Assembly: GCA_965214095.1 (NCBI GenBank)
Contig: OZ243938.1
Location: 160,001 to 224,000 of the forward strand
DNA from: Candidatus Poribacteria bacterium
GTDB lineage: Bacteria > Poribacteria > WGA-4E > WGA-3G
Direction of reading: 5' to 3'
Length of the DNA stretch: 64,000 bases
Shown piece by piece: positions 29,073 through 39,043 of this stretch (position 1 is the stretch's first letter; every line of letters starts with the position of its first letter). The position numbers were made by a program, and so were the translations under genes. The notes beneath the pieces are model-generated. The model saw only the letters and a program-made list of their open reading frames with translations, searched no databases and was not told the origin of the DNA.

Positions 29073-29123
29073 ATGATTAGTCGGATGTTAGTATATACTT
29101 TTACATACAATACTTTTTCTAAT

Positions 29124-29152
29124 TTGACAGAAAAAATCTTAATTGCTATAAT
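29124..29152 (+). promoter_or_regulatory. Sigma70 consensus promoter
   Basis: TTGACA-17 nt-TATAAT with TGn; upstream of the PhyH pair. Confidence 0.85.
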
Positions 29153-29182
29153 GCCGACAGATATTACCTTTAGGAGAGATAT

Positions 29183-29995
29183 ATGCTTACCCAAATACAG
29201 GTGGATACTTTTCTTGAAAAAGGCTTTCTTCTCGGGAACCGTGTCCTCTCTGATGAACAAGTTGAAGAATTGCGTGACGAGTTAGCGCGCGTTATTGATG
29301 ACTACGAAAAACCTGATGTCAAACAACCCGTACGTATTACGAACCTTGGTAGACAGGTAAAAAATCCTGTCATGCAAATTGTTAATATATGGGAGGCAAG
29401 TACAGCCTACCACAAACTGGTATATAATCCCACCATTGTGGAAGAAATCGGGCAGCTTACTTCAGCAACAGAACTACGTGTATGGCACGACCAGATTCAA
29501 TACAAACCGCCAGAGATCGGAGGCAAAAATGGGTGGCATCAGGATTCACCACTGTGGGGAATACTTATGCCGAAAACAAGCCAAGTAACAGCGTGGGTCG
29601 CATTAGACGATATTGATGAAGGCAATGGATGTATGCGGATGGTACCAGGGTCATATAAATGGGGACCGCAAATGAAGTTCTTGGGTTCTGTCGGAGACAT
29701 CCACAAAATGCACGACAAGTTTGAAGATAACGATCTGTCGGTCGAACTTTGCCCAGTGCCAAAAGGACATGTGCATTTCCACCATTCACTGACATGGCAC
29801 GGTTCGCATGACAACACGAGTGGCGGACCGAGACGCGCGATAGCAGTTCATTATATGACAAACGAAACCATATATCATGAGGAAGGAAATCATCTCATGA
29901 AACCTTTTGTTACAGTCAATGATGGAGATGTATTGTCTGGGGATCATTTCCCGATTGTGATGGAATCTGGCAAGCCGACAAATCCAACTGCGTAA
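29183..29995 (+). CDS. PhyH family Fe(II)/2OG dioxygenase
   Basis: WHQDS (HxD), TAWVALDD, NGCMRMVPGS, TWHGS. Confidence 0.9.
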   Translation: MLTQIQVDTFLEKGFLLGNRVLSDEQVEELRDELARVIDDYEKPDVKQPVRITNLGRQVKNPVMQIVNIWEASTAYHKLVYNPTIVEEIGQLTSATELRVWHDQIQYKPPEIGGKNGWHQDSPLWGILMPKTSQVTAWVALDDIDEGNGCMRMVPGSYKWGPQMKFLGSVGDIHKMHDKFEDNDLSVELCPVPKGHVHFHHSLTWHGSHDNTSGGPRRAIAVHYMTNETIYHEEGNHLMKPFVTVNDGDVLSGDHFPIVMESGKPTNPTA

Positions 29996-30050
29996 AATGC
30001 AGTCATATTCAAAGACATAACATAAGAATCAAAGCTTTTAGGAGACCAAC

Positions 30051-30857
30051 ATGCTAAACCAATCCCAAGTTGACTCTTTTCGTGAGAAGGGGTTTCTCCT
30101 TGGCAGTCATGTCATAAATGATGAAGAGGTTGAGGAATTGCGCTTAGAATTGGCGCGTGTGATTGATGACTACCAAAAAGAGGATATACCTCAACCTGTT
30201 CATATTGCAAACCTCGGTGGTAGGGAGGAAACTCCTGTCTGGCAAATAGTCAATATTTGGGAAGCAAGTCCAGCATACCAAAAACTCATACATAATCCCA
30301 TTGTCATAGAAGAAATTGGACAACTCACCGATGCTACAGAGGTGCGTGTCTGGCACGATCAAATACAATATAAACCAGCAGAAATTGGTGGTGTAAATAT
30401 GTGGCATCAGGACTCTCCTTACTGGCCAATTCTGACTCCAAAAACAAGTCAGGTAACTGCGTGGGTCGCGTTGGACGATGTAGATGAAGGCAATGGCTGT
30501 ATGCGGATGGTTCCAGGGTCATGTCATTGGGGTAACCAGATTCCGTTTTTACATGCTGTCAAAGATATTCATTCTATGCCTGACAAATTTGAGGAATACG
30601 AACTGGAAGTTGAACTTTGCCCCGTACCAAAGGGATATGTGCATTACCATCATTCGTTGACATGGCACGGTTCCCACGACAACAGCAGTGGACTACCAAG
30701 ACGTGCTATTGCCGTTCACTATATGACCAGTGAAACATTATACGATGAAAGTGGTAATCATGTTATGAAACGGTTTGTCACTGTCAATGATGGTGAAAAA
30801 CTATCAGGAGACCATTTTCCGCTTGTCATGGACGCAGGAAATCCAACCAACCCGTAG
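30051..30857 (+). CDS. PhyH family Fe(II)/2OG dioxygenase (tandem paralog)
   Basis: Same motifs; collinear with the previous gene. Confidence 0.9.
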   Translation: MLNQSQVDSFREKGFLLGSHVINDEEVEELRLELARVIDDYQKEDIPQPVHIANLGGREETPVWQIVNIWEASPAYQKLIHNPIVIEEIGQLTDATEVRVWHDQIQYKPAEIGGVNMWHQDSPYWPILTPKTSQVTAWVALDDVDEGNGCMRMVPGSCHWGNQIPFLHAVKDIHSMPDKFEEYELEVELCPVPKGYVHYHHSLTWHGSHDNSSGLPRRAIAVHYMTSETLYDESGNHVMKRFVTVNDGEKLSGDHFPLVMDAGNPTNP

Positions 30858-30882
30858 GGTACGGACACCTTAGGAGAAATAT

Positions 30883-32517
30883 ATGAAAGTTGTTGATGCG
30901 ATAGCCAAGGTCCTAAAGACTGAGGGTGTAGAATATCTATTCGCATATCCGGTTAACCATATTATTGAAGCAGCTGCCAAGCTTGATATCCGTCCTATAA
31001 TAGTTCGTCAGGAACGCATAGGATTACACATGGCAGATGCTTTGAGCCGCATGACATCTGGACAAAAGATAGGTGTATTCTGTATGCAGAGTGGTCCTGG
31101 TTCAGAAAATGCCTTCGGTGGTGTAGCACAAGCCTATGGAGATTCCGCGCCGATAGTTGTTCTACCGATGGGATATGCAAGGACATTATCACAGATTCAA
31201 CCTAACTTCAGTTCTGCATTGAACTATAAACATGTGACAAAGTCATGTGAACAACTTACGATTCCAGAAGCATTGCCAGAAGTGATGCGGCGTGCATTTA
31301 CGCAAGTGCGAAACGGTAGACCGAGACCCGCACTTGTAGAAATACCGGCTGATCTCATGATGCAAGATATTCCCGAACCTTTTGATCCGACACCTGTTCC
31401 AATAGTACGATACGGTCCAAGTAGTGCAGAAATTGATTCTGTTGCAGAAACGTTGTTGAATGCTGAGTGTCCAGTAATCTATGCCGGACAAGGTGTCCAC
31501 TATGCACAAGCATGGGAGAAACTAAGAGAACTCGCTGAACTTCTCGCTGCACCTGTGACAACCAGTTTGGGTGGAAAAAGTGCTTTTCCTGAAACCCATC
31601 CGTTAGCACTCGGTTCTGGTGGTCGTTCTATTCCAAAACCGGTTCACGATTTTCTTCAAAAGAGTGATCTGCTGTTCGGTATTGGTTGTAGTTTTAGTAG
31701 AACACATTTCGGCGTTTCAATCCCTGAAGGAAAACGTGTTATCCATGCAACATTAGATCCAGCTGACATCAATAAAGATGTGCCAGTTGAATCTGCCCTT
31801 GTCGGAGATGCAGGATTGATCTTAGATGGTTTAGTTGAGGCTGTTAGGGACCGTTCAAATGGTGCATCCGAAAGCAAAACAACAGAAGTTGCAAATGAAA
31901 TTAGCACTATTAAAGCAGAATGGCTTCAACAGTGGAAGCCAAAACTCACATCAGACGAAACACCAATGACACCTTATCGTGTAATTTGGGATCTGTTACA
32001 TACTGTTGATGTAAAAAATACGATAATTACACATGATGCGGGGAGTCCTCGTGATCAACTCTCCCCTTTCTGGCAATGTGAAACACCGTTATCATATATC
32101 GGATGGGGTAAAACAACTCAACTTGGATATGGCCTTGGACTGGCAATGGGTGCAAAACTTGCAAAACCGGATGCTCTCTGTGTGAATGTGTGGGGAGATG
32201 CAGCAATCGGATTCACAGGAATGGACTTTGAGACTGCAGTGCGGGAAAGAATACCGATACTCTCTGTCCTTTTCAACAATTTTTCAATGGCTATTGAGAT
32301 ACCAATTATGCAAGTGTCCACTGAGAAATACCGCAGCACTGATATATCTGGACATTACGCAGATATGGCAAAAGCATTCGGTGGATACGGTGAACGTGTT
32401 GAAACACCTGACCAAATTATTCCAGCAATTCAACGTGGAATTCAAAAAACGCAGGAAGGAGTTCCTGCATTGCTTGAGTTTATCACGGCAAAAGAGATTG
32501 AGATTTCAAAGTTCTAA
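30883..32517 (+). CDS. Thiamine diphosphate-dependent enzyme (acetolactate synthase-like)
   Basis: VRQERIGLHMADA, QSGPG, ThDP motif WGDAA...FNN. Confidence 0.88.
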   Translation: MKVVDAIAKVLKTEGVEYLFAYPVNHIIEAAAKLDIRPIIVRQERIGLHMADALSRMTSGQKIGVFCMQSGPGSENAFGGVAQAYGDSAPIVVLPMGYARTLSQIQPNFSSALNYKHVTKSCEQLTIPEALPEVMRRAFTQVRNGRPRPALVEIPADLMMQDIPEPFDPTPVPIVRYGPSSAEIDSVAETLLNAECPVIYAGQGVHYAQAWEKLRELAELLAAPVTTSLGGKSAFPETHPLALGSGGRSIPKPVHDFLQKSDLLFGIGCSFSRTHFGVSIPEGKRVIHATLDPADINKDVPVESALVGDAGLILDGLVEAVRDRSNGASESKTTEVANEISTIKAEWLQQWKPKLTSDETPMTPYRVIWDLLHTVDVKNTIITHDAGSPRDQLSPFWQCETPLSYIGWGKTTQLGYGLGLAMGAKLAKPDALCVNVWGDAAIGFTGMDFETAVRERIPILSVLFNNFSMAIEIPIMQVSTEKYRSTDISGHYADMAKAFGGYGERVETPDQIIPAIQRGIQKTQEGVPALLEFITAKEIEISKF

Positions 32518-32539
32518 GGCAACTATAAAGGAGTTAGAA

Positions 32540-33310
32540 ATGAAGAGTTCTATTGTTTTAATACTGATTGTCCTAATCATGAGTCCGTATGTTTGGGCAA
32601 TAAAGGATGATAAAGACTTGATGTTGTATCTTCCTTTTGATGAGGGAAATGGTAACACAGCGATGGATGCAAGTGGGAATGACCTTGAAGCAGTGTTACA
32701 TGGAGCAACTTGGTCTGAAGATGGAAAGATTGGTGGTTGTGTACATCTCACTGATACTGGGAAGTACGTAGAAATAGAATCCGTTCCTGAACTTGATATC
32801 ACAGATGAAATCACGATACAAGCATGGTTTCTCCCTGAACAGGATCAAGCAGATTCTAACCTAATGGGGCGCAGGCTGCCTGGCAATACTGGAGGCTATT
32901 GTCTCCAATGGAGTTCTGATCCTACCGGTTCACCGCAAATTGAAACGTGGATGAATGTCGGTGGTGGTTGGCAAGGTTCTCGTAATAAACAGACTATCAA
33001 ACCTGAGCTAATGGAATGGCATCACGTTTCTTCTACCTTTGATGGAGATATGATACGTCAATATATTGATGGTGAGTTAGACACTGAATGGAAACCACCC
33101 GGTAATGAACTTTTCAGTGTTGATATTGTCTTCAGAATAGGTAAATCCCAAACTCCACTCGGTGGTACGGTATGTCTTGTTGATGAGGTAGCGATTTACA
33201 GTCGTGCCCTTACAGAAGATGAAATAAAAAGTGATATGAACAACGGTGTATTCTTTGATGTGTCACCGAGAGAAAAATTGGCAACCACTTGGGCAAATTT
33301 AAAAAGATAA
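32540..33310 (+). CDS. Secreted LamG-like jellyroll protein
   Basis: AAGGAG RBS before ATG 32540; signal peptide; LYLPFDEGNG, EWHHV, YIDG, VDEVAIYSRAL; tail VSPREKLATTWANLKR. Confidence 0.85.
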   Translation: MKSSIVLILIVLIMSPYVWAIKDDKDLMLYLPFDEGNGNTAMDASGNDLEAVLHGATWSEDGKIGGCVHLTDTGKYVEIESVPELDITDEITIQAWFLPEQDQADSNLMGRRLPGNTGGYCLQWSSDPTGSPQIETWMNVGGGWQGSRNKQTIKPELMEWHHVSSTFDGDMIRQYIDGELDTEWKPPGNELFSVDIVFRIGKSQTPLGGTVCLVDEVAIYSRALTEDEIKSDMNNGVFFDVSPREKLATTWANLKR

Positions 33311-33395
33311 TTTAACTTAACGCTAAAACTAATGTGTATACAATCGTCTCTAAATGTCTTCAACGAATCAAGATTTATTTACAGGAGGAATTGTA

Positions 33396-34184
33396 ATGAA
33401 ATCTCAGAGATTTTTAATCCTAAGCACTATTCTCATCCTGTTTTTCTGTCAAGTTGTCTATGCAGCTGGTGGGAAAGGTAACGTTGACCAACTTGGTAAA
33501 AAGATATATGTTTGGCATTTTGACGAAGGTGCTGGAAATCAAACTAAAGATGCAACTGCGGGTTTAGTTGGAGAATTAAATGGTGATATTGAGTGGACTG
33601 ATGGAATCCTCGGTAAAGCTGTACAAATGGATGGCACAGCTGGAGATGCCGAATACATTGAGGTCGAACACTCTAATGAAATAGATATAGACAAGGCGAT
33701 TACAATGATGGCATGGGTTTATATTGATGAATTTCCAGTCGGTCCGCAAGAGAACAAGAATACCATATTTTATAAAAACACATATTATCTACAAATTGAA
33801 CCTGGTGCAGGTCAGCTTGCATATTATTTCTATGATACCGATAATGAAGGTTATCATATTTCTGACGGCAAATTAACGGTAAAAGAGTGGACCCATGTTG
33901 CAATTGCATGGGATGGAAATGAAGCACGATTTTATATAAATGGAGAACACGATGGTAAGGTCATTCCTCAAAAAGGCACTGGTAGAAGTTCACCAGATAA
34001 AGTATTACGGTTTGGTGGAGAAAACAACGCGTGTTGTCCGCGCTTTTTTGTTGGGATAATGGATGAGTTAATGTTAGCAAACTACGCACTTTCTGCTGCT
34101 GAAATCCAGAGAATTGTCAACGATACGCTTGATGTTTCTGCAGAAGGAAAAGTTACAACAACATGGGGAAATTTAAAGAAATAA
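33396..34184 (+). CDS. Secreted LamG-like jellyroll protein
   Basis: AGGAGG RBS; signal peptide; WHFDEGAG, EWTHVA, FYING, MDEL; tail VSAEGKVTTTWGNLKK. Confidence 0.85.
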   Translation: MKSQRFLILSTILILFFCQVVYAAGGKGNVDQLGKKIYVWHFDEGAGNQTKDATAGLVGELNGDIEWTDGILGKAVQMDGTAGDAEYIEVEHSNEIDIDKAITMMAWVYIDEFPVGPQENKNTIFYKNTYYLQIEPGAGQLAYYFYDTDNEGYHISDGKLTVKEWTHVAIAWDGNEARFYINGEHDGKVIPQKGTGRSSPDKVLRFGGENNACCPRFFVGIMDELMLANYALSAAEIQRIVNDTLDVSAEGKVTTTWGNLKK

Positions 34185-34216
34185 CCGAATAATTCATTTA
34201 CCGCATAAACAACCTT

Positions 34217-34248
34217 CTATGCCCGATTTAAACAATGATCGGGCATAG
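34217..34248 (+). terminator. Hairpin after the LamG pair
   Basis: CTATGCCCGAT/ATCGGGCATAG 11-bp stem; weak U tract. Confidence 0.5.
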
Positions 34249-34288
34249 TTAAGTCACTGCTATAATACAGAATGTAAGGATACATTTA

Positions 34289-35116
34289 ATGAAGTTCAAA
34301 CGTGAAACTATTTTAAACCAATTACGCACTAACATTGATGCAGGCAAACCAATCATCGGTGCGGGTGCAGGAACAGGTATCTCAGCAAAATGTGAAGAAG
34401 CGGGAGGTATAGACTTAATAATCATCTACAACTCAGGTAGATTTCGTATGGCAGGAAGAGGCTCACTTGCGGGTATGATGCCTTACGGAGATGCGAATCA
34501 GATCGTCGTTGAGATGGCAAGTGAAGTACTCCCTGTAGTCAAAAATACTCCCGTTCTTGCTGGTGTCTGTGGTACTGATCCGTTCCGATTGATGGATATT
34601 TTCTTAACCCAAATTGATGCAGTTGGTTTTAGTGGTGTGCAGAACTTCCCAACGGTAGGATTAATTGATGGGACGTTCCGTCAATTACTTGAGGAAACCG
34701 ATATGGGTTACGGTCCGGAAGTTGAGATGATACGCACTGCACACCAAATGAATCTACTGACTACACCGTATGCATTCAACGAGTCTGAAGCAGAACAGAT
34801 GGCGGATGCGGGTGCAGATATTCTTGTTGCACACATGGGTCTCACGACTAAAGGTTCAATCGGTGCGAAAACCGCATTTACTCTTGAAGATGCAGCAAAA
34901 CGTGTTCAAGCAATTCATGACGCAGCAAAAGGGGTGAATCCCGATATATTGGTGATATGCCATGGAGGTCCAATTGCTGAACCTGAAGACGCTACATACA
35001 TCTTGGAAAACACTAAGGGTGTTGTAGGATTCTATGGTGCGTCAAGTGCTGAACGGCTACCTACTGAGCGAGCAATTACAGCTCAGATTGAAGCATTCAA
35101 AAAAATACGATTATAG
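34289..35116 (+). CDS. Phosphoenolpyruvate hydrolase-like (TIM-barrel, Tm-1-like) protein
   Basis: [50 protein letters not shown]. Confidence 0.88.
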   Translation: MKFKRETILNQLRTNIDAGKPIIGAGAGTGISAKCEEAGGIDLIIIYNSGRFRMAGRGSLAGMMPYGDANQIVVEMASEVLPVVKNTPVLAGVCGTDPFRLMDIFLTQIDAVGFSGVQNFPTVGLIDGTFRQLLEETDMGYGPEVEMIRTAHQMNLLTTPYAFNESEAEQMADAGADILVAHMGLTTKGSIGAKTAFTLEDAAKRVQAIHDAAKGVNPDILVICHGGPIAEPEDATYILENTKGVVGFYGASSAERLPTERAITAQIEAFKKIRL

Positions 35117-35149
35117 ATTATTAACTTTTTTCTGAACTGGAGTTAAACT

Positions 35150-35950
35150 ATGACTGATGAAGAAAAATTTAGGTTTGACCTAACTGGTTTTCTTGTGCGT
35201 CCTGCGATTATAAGCAAGGATGAAGTGAATGACATTGTTGACCAACTTGACAGAATTAGAAATGACAAGGAATCTCTTCCCCCAGAACACCGTGCCATTC
35301 CAGGTGGCCCCTCAAGTGTTCTGATTGATCACCCCAAAGTTATTGATGTACTGCACGAAATCATCGGTCCAGACATCCGTATGGAAAGTACATTTTCTGT
35401 ATGGCGCAAAAAAGGCCAGGAACATGGCGGTCTTCACGGTGGCGGACCACGGCAAGGAGATCCAATTTTTGGCTATCGTGTCAATAATGGTAGGATTCAT
35501 GCAGGTATGGTACGTGTCGTGTTTGAATTGACTGATATATCCAAAAATGATGGAGCGACGCATTTTATTGTCGGCAGTCATAAATCAAACTTCCCAATGC
35601 ACCCAGACCACATGTCATTAGAGCAGGACAAACGTAGTCCATATTTAATGACCTATGAGTGTCCTGCTGGTAGTGCCATATTCTTTACAGAGAACCTTTG
35701 TCATGCAGGACCAGTTTGGCAACGTGAAACCCCTCGTATAGCAATACTTAGTGCTTATGCACATCTTGCTACGCATTGGCATCGTCTACGTATTCCACCT
35801 GTCGTTCTGAATGGACTGCCAAAGGAAAAGCAAGCATATTTCCGTCAACCTTGGATCGCTGATTTTCGCACCAGTCCTGCTACACGTAATACAATTGAGC
35901 GGTATATTGAAAAAGATGAACCACCTATCAACACAGACCATAGTCCATAA
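35150..35950 (+). CDS. PhyH family protein
   Basis: FRFDLTGFL, LHGGG, GSHKSNF, CPAGSAIFFTENLCH; related to the 9498 gene. Confidence 0.8.
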   Translation: MTDEEKFRFDLTGFLVRPAIISKDEVNDIVDQLDRIRNDKESLPPEHRAIPGGPSSVLIDHPKVIDVLHEIIGPDIRMESTFSVWRKKGQEHGGLHGGGPRQGDPIFGYRVNNGRIHAGMVRVVFELTDISKNDGATHFIVGSHKSNFPMHPDHMSLEQDKRSPYLMTYECPAGSAIFFTENLCHAGPVWQRETPRIAILSAYAHLATHWHRLRIPPVVLNGLPKEKQAYFRQPWIADFRTSPATRNTIERYIEKDEPPINTDHSP

Positions 35951-35969
35951 ACACATCGGTTTAGAATAA

Positions 35970-37091
35970 ATGGCACAAATCAGATTAGAGAACATTGAAA
36001 AGCGATTCGGGGAAGTTGTCGCAGTTAAAGATTTTAACTTGCAGGTAGAAGACCAAGAGTTTGTCGTATTTTTAGGCCCATCGGGTTGCGGTAAGACGAC
36101 AACACTTAGACTAATTGCGGGTTTAGAGCATCCCAGTCAAGGTGATATTCTTATTGATGGCAATCGCGTTAATGATCTATCACCTTCGGACAGGGATATT
36201 GCTTTTGTTTTTCAGTTCTATGCATTATATCCACATCTGAGTGTATATGATAATATTGCATTTCCGCTAAAAGCAGTGAAGGTTGCAAAATCTGAGATAG
36301 ATACGCAGGTAGAAAAGGTTGCTGGAATTCTTCAGATTACTGACATATTGAATCGTAAACCGAGTGTGTTGAGTGGAGGTGAGATGCAACGGGTTGCCCT
36401 CGGACGGGCAATGGTACGTCAGCCAAAAGTTTATCTGCTTGATGAACCGATGGCGAACTTAGATGCCAAACTCCGTATTGACACACGTGCTGAAATCAAA
36501 CGATTGCAACACGAAATTGGTGCTACCACGATATTTGTCACACATGACCAAGTTGAAGCCATGTCTCTTGCTGACCGAATTGCAGTAATACATCAAGGAG
36601 TTCTCCAACAAATCGGAACACCGCATGAAGTCTACAATGAACCAAAAAGTCTTTTCGTTGCAGGATTCATGGGTATGCCGACTATGAATTTGCTTGATGC
36701 AGAAGTGACTTCTCAGGAGGGGACAACCACACTGCAATTGAGCCATACTGCTATATCTATTGCACTTTCATTAGAAAAACAGTCAATATTGAATGAGTCT
36801 GCAGAGGACAACAAATATGTATTTGGCGTGCGGCCAGAACATATAACTGCAAACAAAGAATCCTCGTCTGATGTTAGTATTTCTGCTGATGTGCATCTGA
36901 TTGAACCGCTGGGATCAGTAAATATCCTTGACATGCTTCTCGGTACAAATCAGGAGACGCAAGAACCTATCCTACTCAGAGTTAGAACACACCCTTCATT
37001 CCAAGTTGCTATCGGTGATACAATCTCGTTAGATTTTGATGATGAACACATCCATTTATTTGACCGGGACACAGAACAAGCAATTTGGTAA
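35970..37091 (+). CDS. Carbohydrate ABC transporter ATP-binding protein (MalK/UgpC family)
   Basis: GPSGCGKTT, LSGGEMQRVALGRA, LLDEP, VTHDQVEAM, GVRPEH. Confidence 0.93.
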   Translation: MAQIRLENIEKRFGEVVAVKDFNLQVEDQEFVVFLGPSGCGKTTTLRLIAGLEHPSQGDILIDGNRVNDLSPSDRDIAFVFQFYALYPHLSVYDNIAFPLKAVKVAKSEIDTQVEKVAGILQITDILNRKPSVLSGGEMQRVALGRAMVRQPKVYLLDEPMANLDAKLRIDTRAEIKRLQHEIGATTIFVTHDQVEAMSLADRIAVIHQGVLQQIGTPHEVYNEPKSLFVAGFMGMPTMNLLDAEVTSQEGTTTLQLSHTAISIALSLEKQSILNESAEDNKYVFGVRPEHITANKESSSDVSISADVHLIEPLGSVNILDMLLGTNQETQEPILLRVRTHPSFQVAIGDTISLDFDDEHIHLFDRDTEQAIW

Positions 37092-37115
37092 AAATACCCT
37101 TGAGAAAGAAAATAT

Positions 37116-37916
37116 ATGAAAATACCATGCCGTATGGCAGCATTTGACTTAGATGGCACTTTGTTAAATAGTCATCACCAACTCTCTGATGAAAATCGTA
37201 AAGCCTTAATAGCACTATCCGAAAATGAAATTCTTGTCGTTTTAGTATCTGGTAGAATGCATAGATCCATTTTGCCGATAAGTGATAAGATTGGGTTAAA
37301 AAATCCTATCATTTCATACAATGGTGGGATGGTGAAACATGCAACTACAAACGAGATATATCATCATACACCTGTATCAGCAACAGATGCAAATCAGATT
37401 GTAAATGACTGTATAGAACAGAATTTACATCTAAATTATTGCTGGAATGATGAACTTTATGTAGCAGAAAAGAATGAATGGAGTGATCTGTATGAATTCC
37501 GGACAGGTGTTCCTGCAACGCCTATAGACGACCTGAATTTGATGTCTGACAAATCTCCAACTAAACTTCTGATTATCCATCCTGCAGAACAACTTTTACC
37601 GCTGCTTGAGAGATTTAAATCTAAATATGGAGAGAAACTCTATGTAACACAAACACAACCAGAATACATAGAATTCATGAATCCAGAAGTGACAAAAGGA
37701 AGAGCACTTACAGCACTGGCAAAACAACACAATATACCGATGGAAACTGTTGTTGCTTTCGGTGATAGTTACAACGACGAGAGTCTGCTTAAGACTGCGG
37801 GATTTGGCATAGCAATGGAGAACGCAGTTGATGCGATTAAAGGCTGTTCAGACTATATGACTACATCAAACGATGAAAACGGAGTAGCTAAGGCTATATG
37901 GGAATTAATACTCTAA
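37116..37916 (+). CDS. Cof-type HAD-IIB hydrolase
   Basis: FDLDGTLL, SGR, KG.AL, AFGDSYND. Confidence 0.92.
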   Translation: MKIPCRMAAFDLDGTLLNSHHQLSDENRKALIALSENEILVVLVSGRMHRSILPISDKIGLKNPIISYNGGMVKHATTNEIYHHTPVSATDANQIVNDCIEQNLHLNYCWNDELYVAEKNEWSDLYEFRTGVPATPIDDLNLMSDKSPTKLLIIHPAEQLLPLLERFKSKYGEKLYVTQTQPEYIEFMNPEVTKGRALTALAKQHNIPMETVVAFGDSYNDESLLKTAGFGIAMENAVDAIKGCSDYMTTSNDENGVAKAIWELIL

Positions 37917-37963
37917 ATCTACAAGTACTGAAGATAAGTATTCAAAACGTTTCAACTGAAGAA

Positions 37964-38221
37964 TTATCGACGTTTTGCCGCCTCTTGATATGGAAAATCT
38001 GCCATTAGTATGTAGGAATCCCCTTCTCGTTTTATGGACATACTGACAGAGTTCATAGTAAATTCAAAGTATTTCGCCAACACTTCAGTTAATTCAAACT
38101 GTAATTTTTTCATTGAATCCTCGGTAACATCAAACCTATCTTGTGTGAGAATGAGTTTGAGTCGCTGCGTTGCAATATTGCTTGATTTTGATTTACGAGT
38201 AAATAAACTTTTAAAATCCAT
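37964..38221 (-). CDS. minE: Cell division topological specificity factor
   Basis: SSNIATQRLKLILTQDR, EVLAKY; downstream of minD. Confidence 0.9.
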   Translation of the reverse strand: MDFKSLFTRKSKSSNIATQRLKLILTQDRFDVTEDSMKKLQFELTEVLAKYFEFTMNSVSMSIKREGDSYILMADFPYQEAAKRR

Positions 38222-38234
38222 GATATCCTCTATT

Positions 38235-39026
38235 TTAATTTCTTGAGAACCAGTTCAATATATTGGAAAAAAAGTTTTCTTCTCTCATATCAGGAATTGG
38301 TATACGTTGACCAATCATGCGTCGGGCGATACGCATGTATGCATCAGCACCGGGAGAACCTTCATTATGAACAAGTGGCACTCCGCGATTTGTAGATGCG
38401 ATAACGCCGGCATCTTCAGGCACAACTCCGAGAAGATCAATGTTCAGAATATCAATAACTTCATTCTTACTAATCATATTACCTTTTTTCACAAGTGTTG
38501 GCGACAACCTATTTAGTATCAGACTAATTGGATCTATGTTTTGATTTTGTAGCAATCCAATTATGCGATCTGCATCACGGATTGCGGATACATCTGGTGT
38601 AGTGATTATGATTGCTTCTTCTGCACCAGCGGCAGCATTGTGAAAACCCTGTTCAATTCCTGCCGGTGAGTCTACAAGAACAAAATCATACTCCTCTTTT
38701 AATCTTTCACAGACGTCCTGCATCTGTTCAGGTTTAATATCATCTTTCCTATTTCGTTGTGACGCTGCGAGCAACATCAAATCATCAACTCTTCTATCTT
38801 TTACAAGGGCTTTTTCAAGATCACATCTCTTTTCTATAACATCCATTGATGTAAAGACAACACGACTTTCTAAACCCATAACAACATCAAGATTCCGTAA
38901 CCCGACATCAGCATCAATAATTACCACCGTTTTGCCGATCATTGCTAAAGCGGTTCCCAAATTTGCTGTTGAGGTAGTCTTACCTACTCCCCCTTTTCCA
39001 GAAGTAATCACGATTACTTTACCCAT
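38235..39026 (-). CDS. minD: Septum site-determining ATPase
   Basis: ITSGKGGVGKTT, DVGLRNLD, DSPAGIEQGF, C-terminal amphipathic helix. Confidence 0.95.
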   Translation of the reverse strand: MGKVIVITSGKGGVGKTTSTANLGTALAMIGKTVVIIDADVGLRNLDVVMGLESRVVFTSMDVIEKRCDLEKALVKDRRVDDLMLLAASQRNRKDDIKPEQMQDVCERLKEEYDFVLVDSPAGIEQGFHNAAAGAEEAIIITTPDVSAIRDADRIIGLLQNQNIDPISLILNRLSPTLVKKGNMISKNEVIDILNIDLLGVVPEDAGVIASTNRGVPLVHNEGSPGADAYMRIARRMIGQRIPIPDMREENFFSNILNWFSRN

Positions 39027-39043
39027 AATCTACCTTCCTTCAT

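Noticed and set aside
32186-32539. Long N-terminal extension of the first LamG ORF overlapping the ThDP gene
   Set aside because: The RBS and signal peptide indicate a start at 32540.
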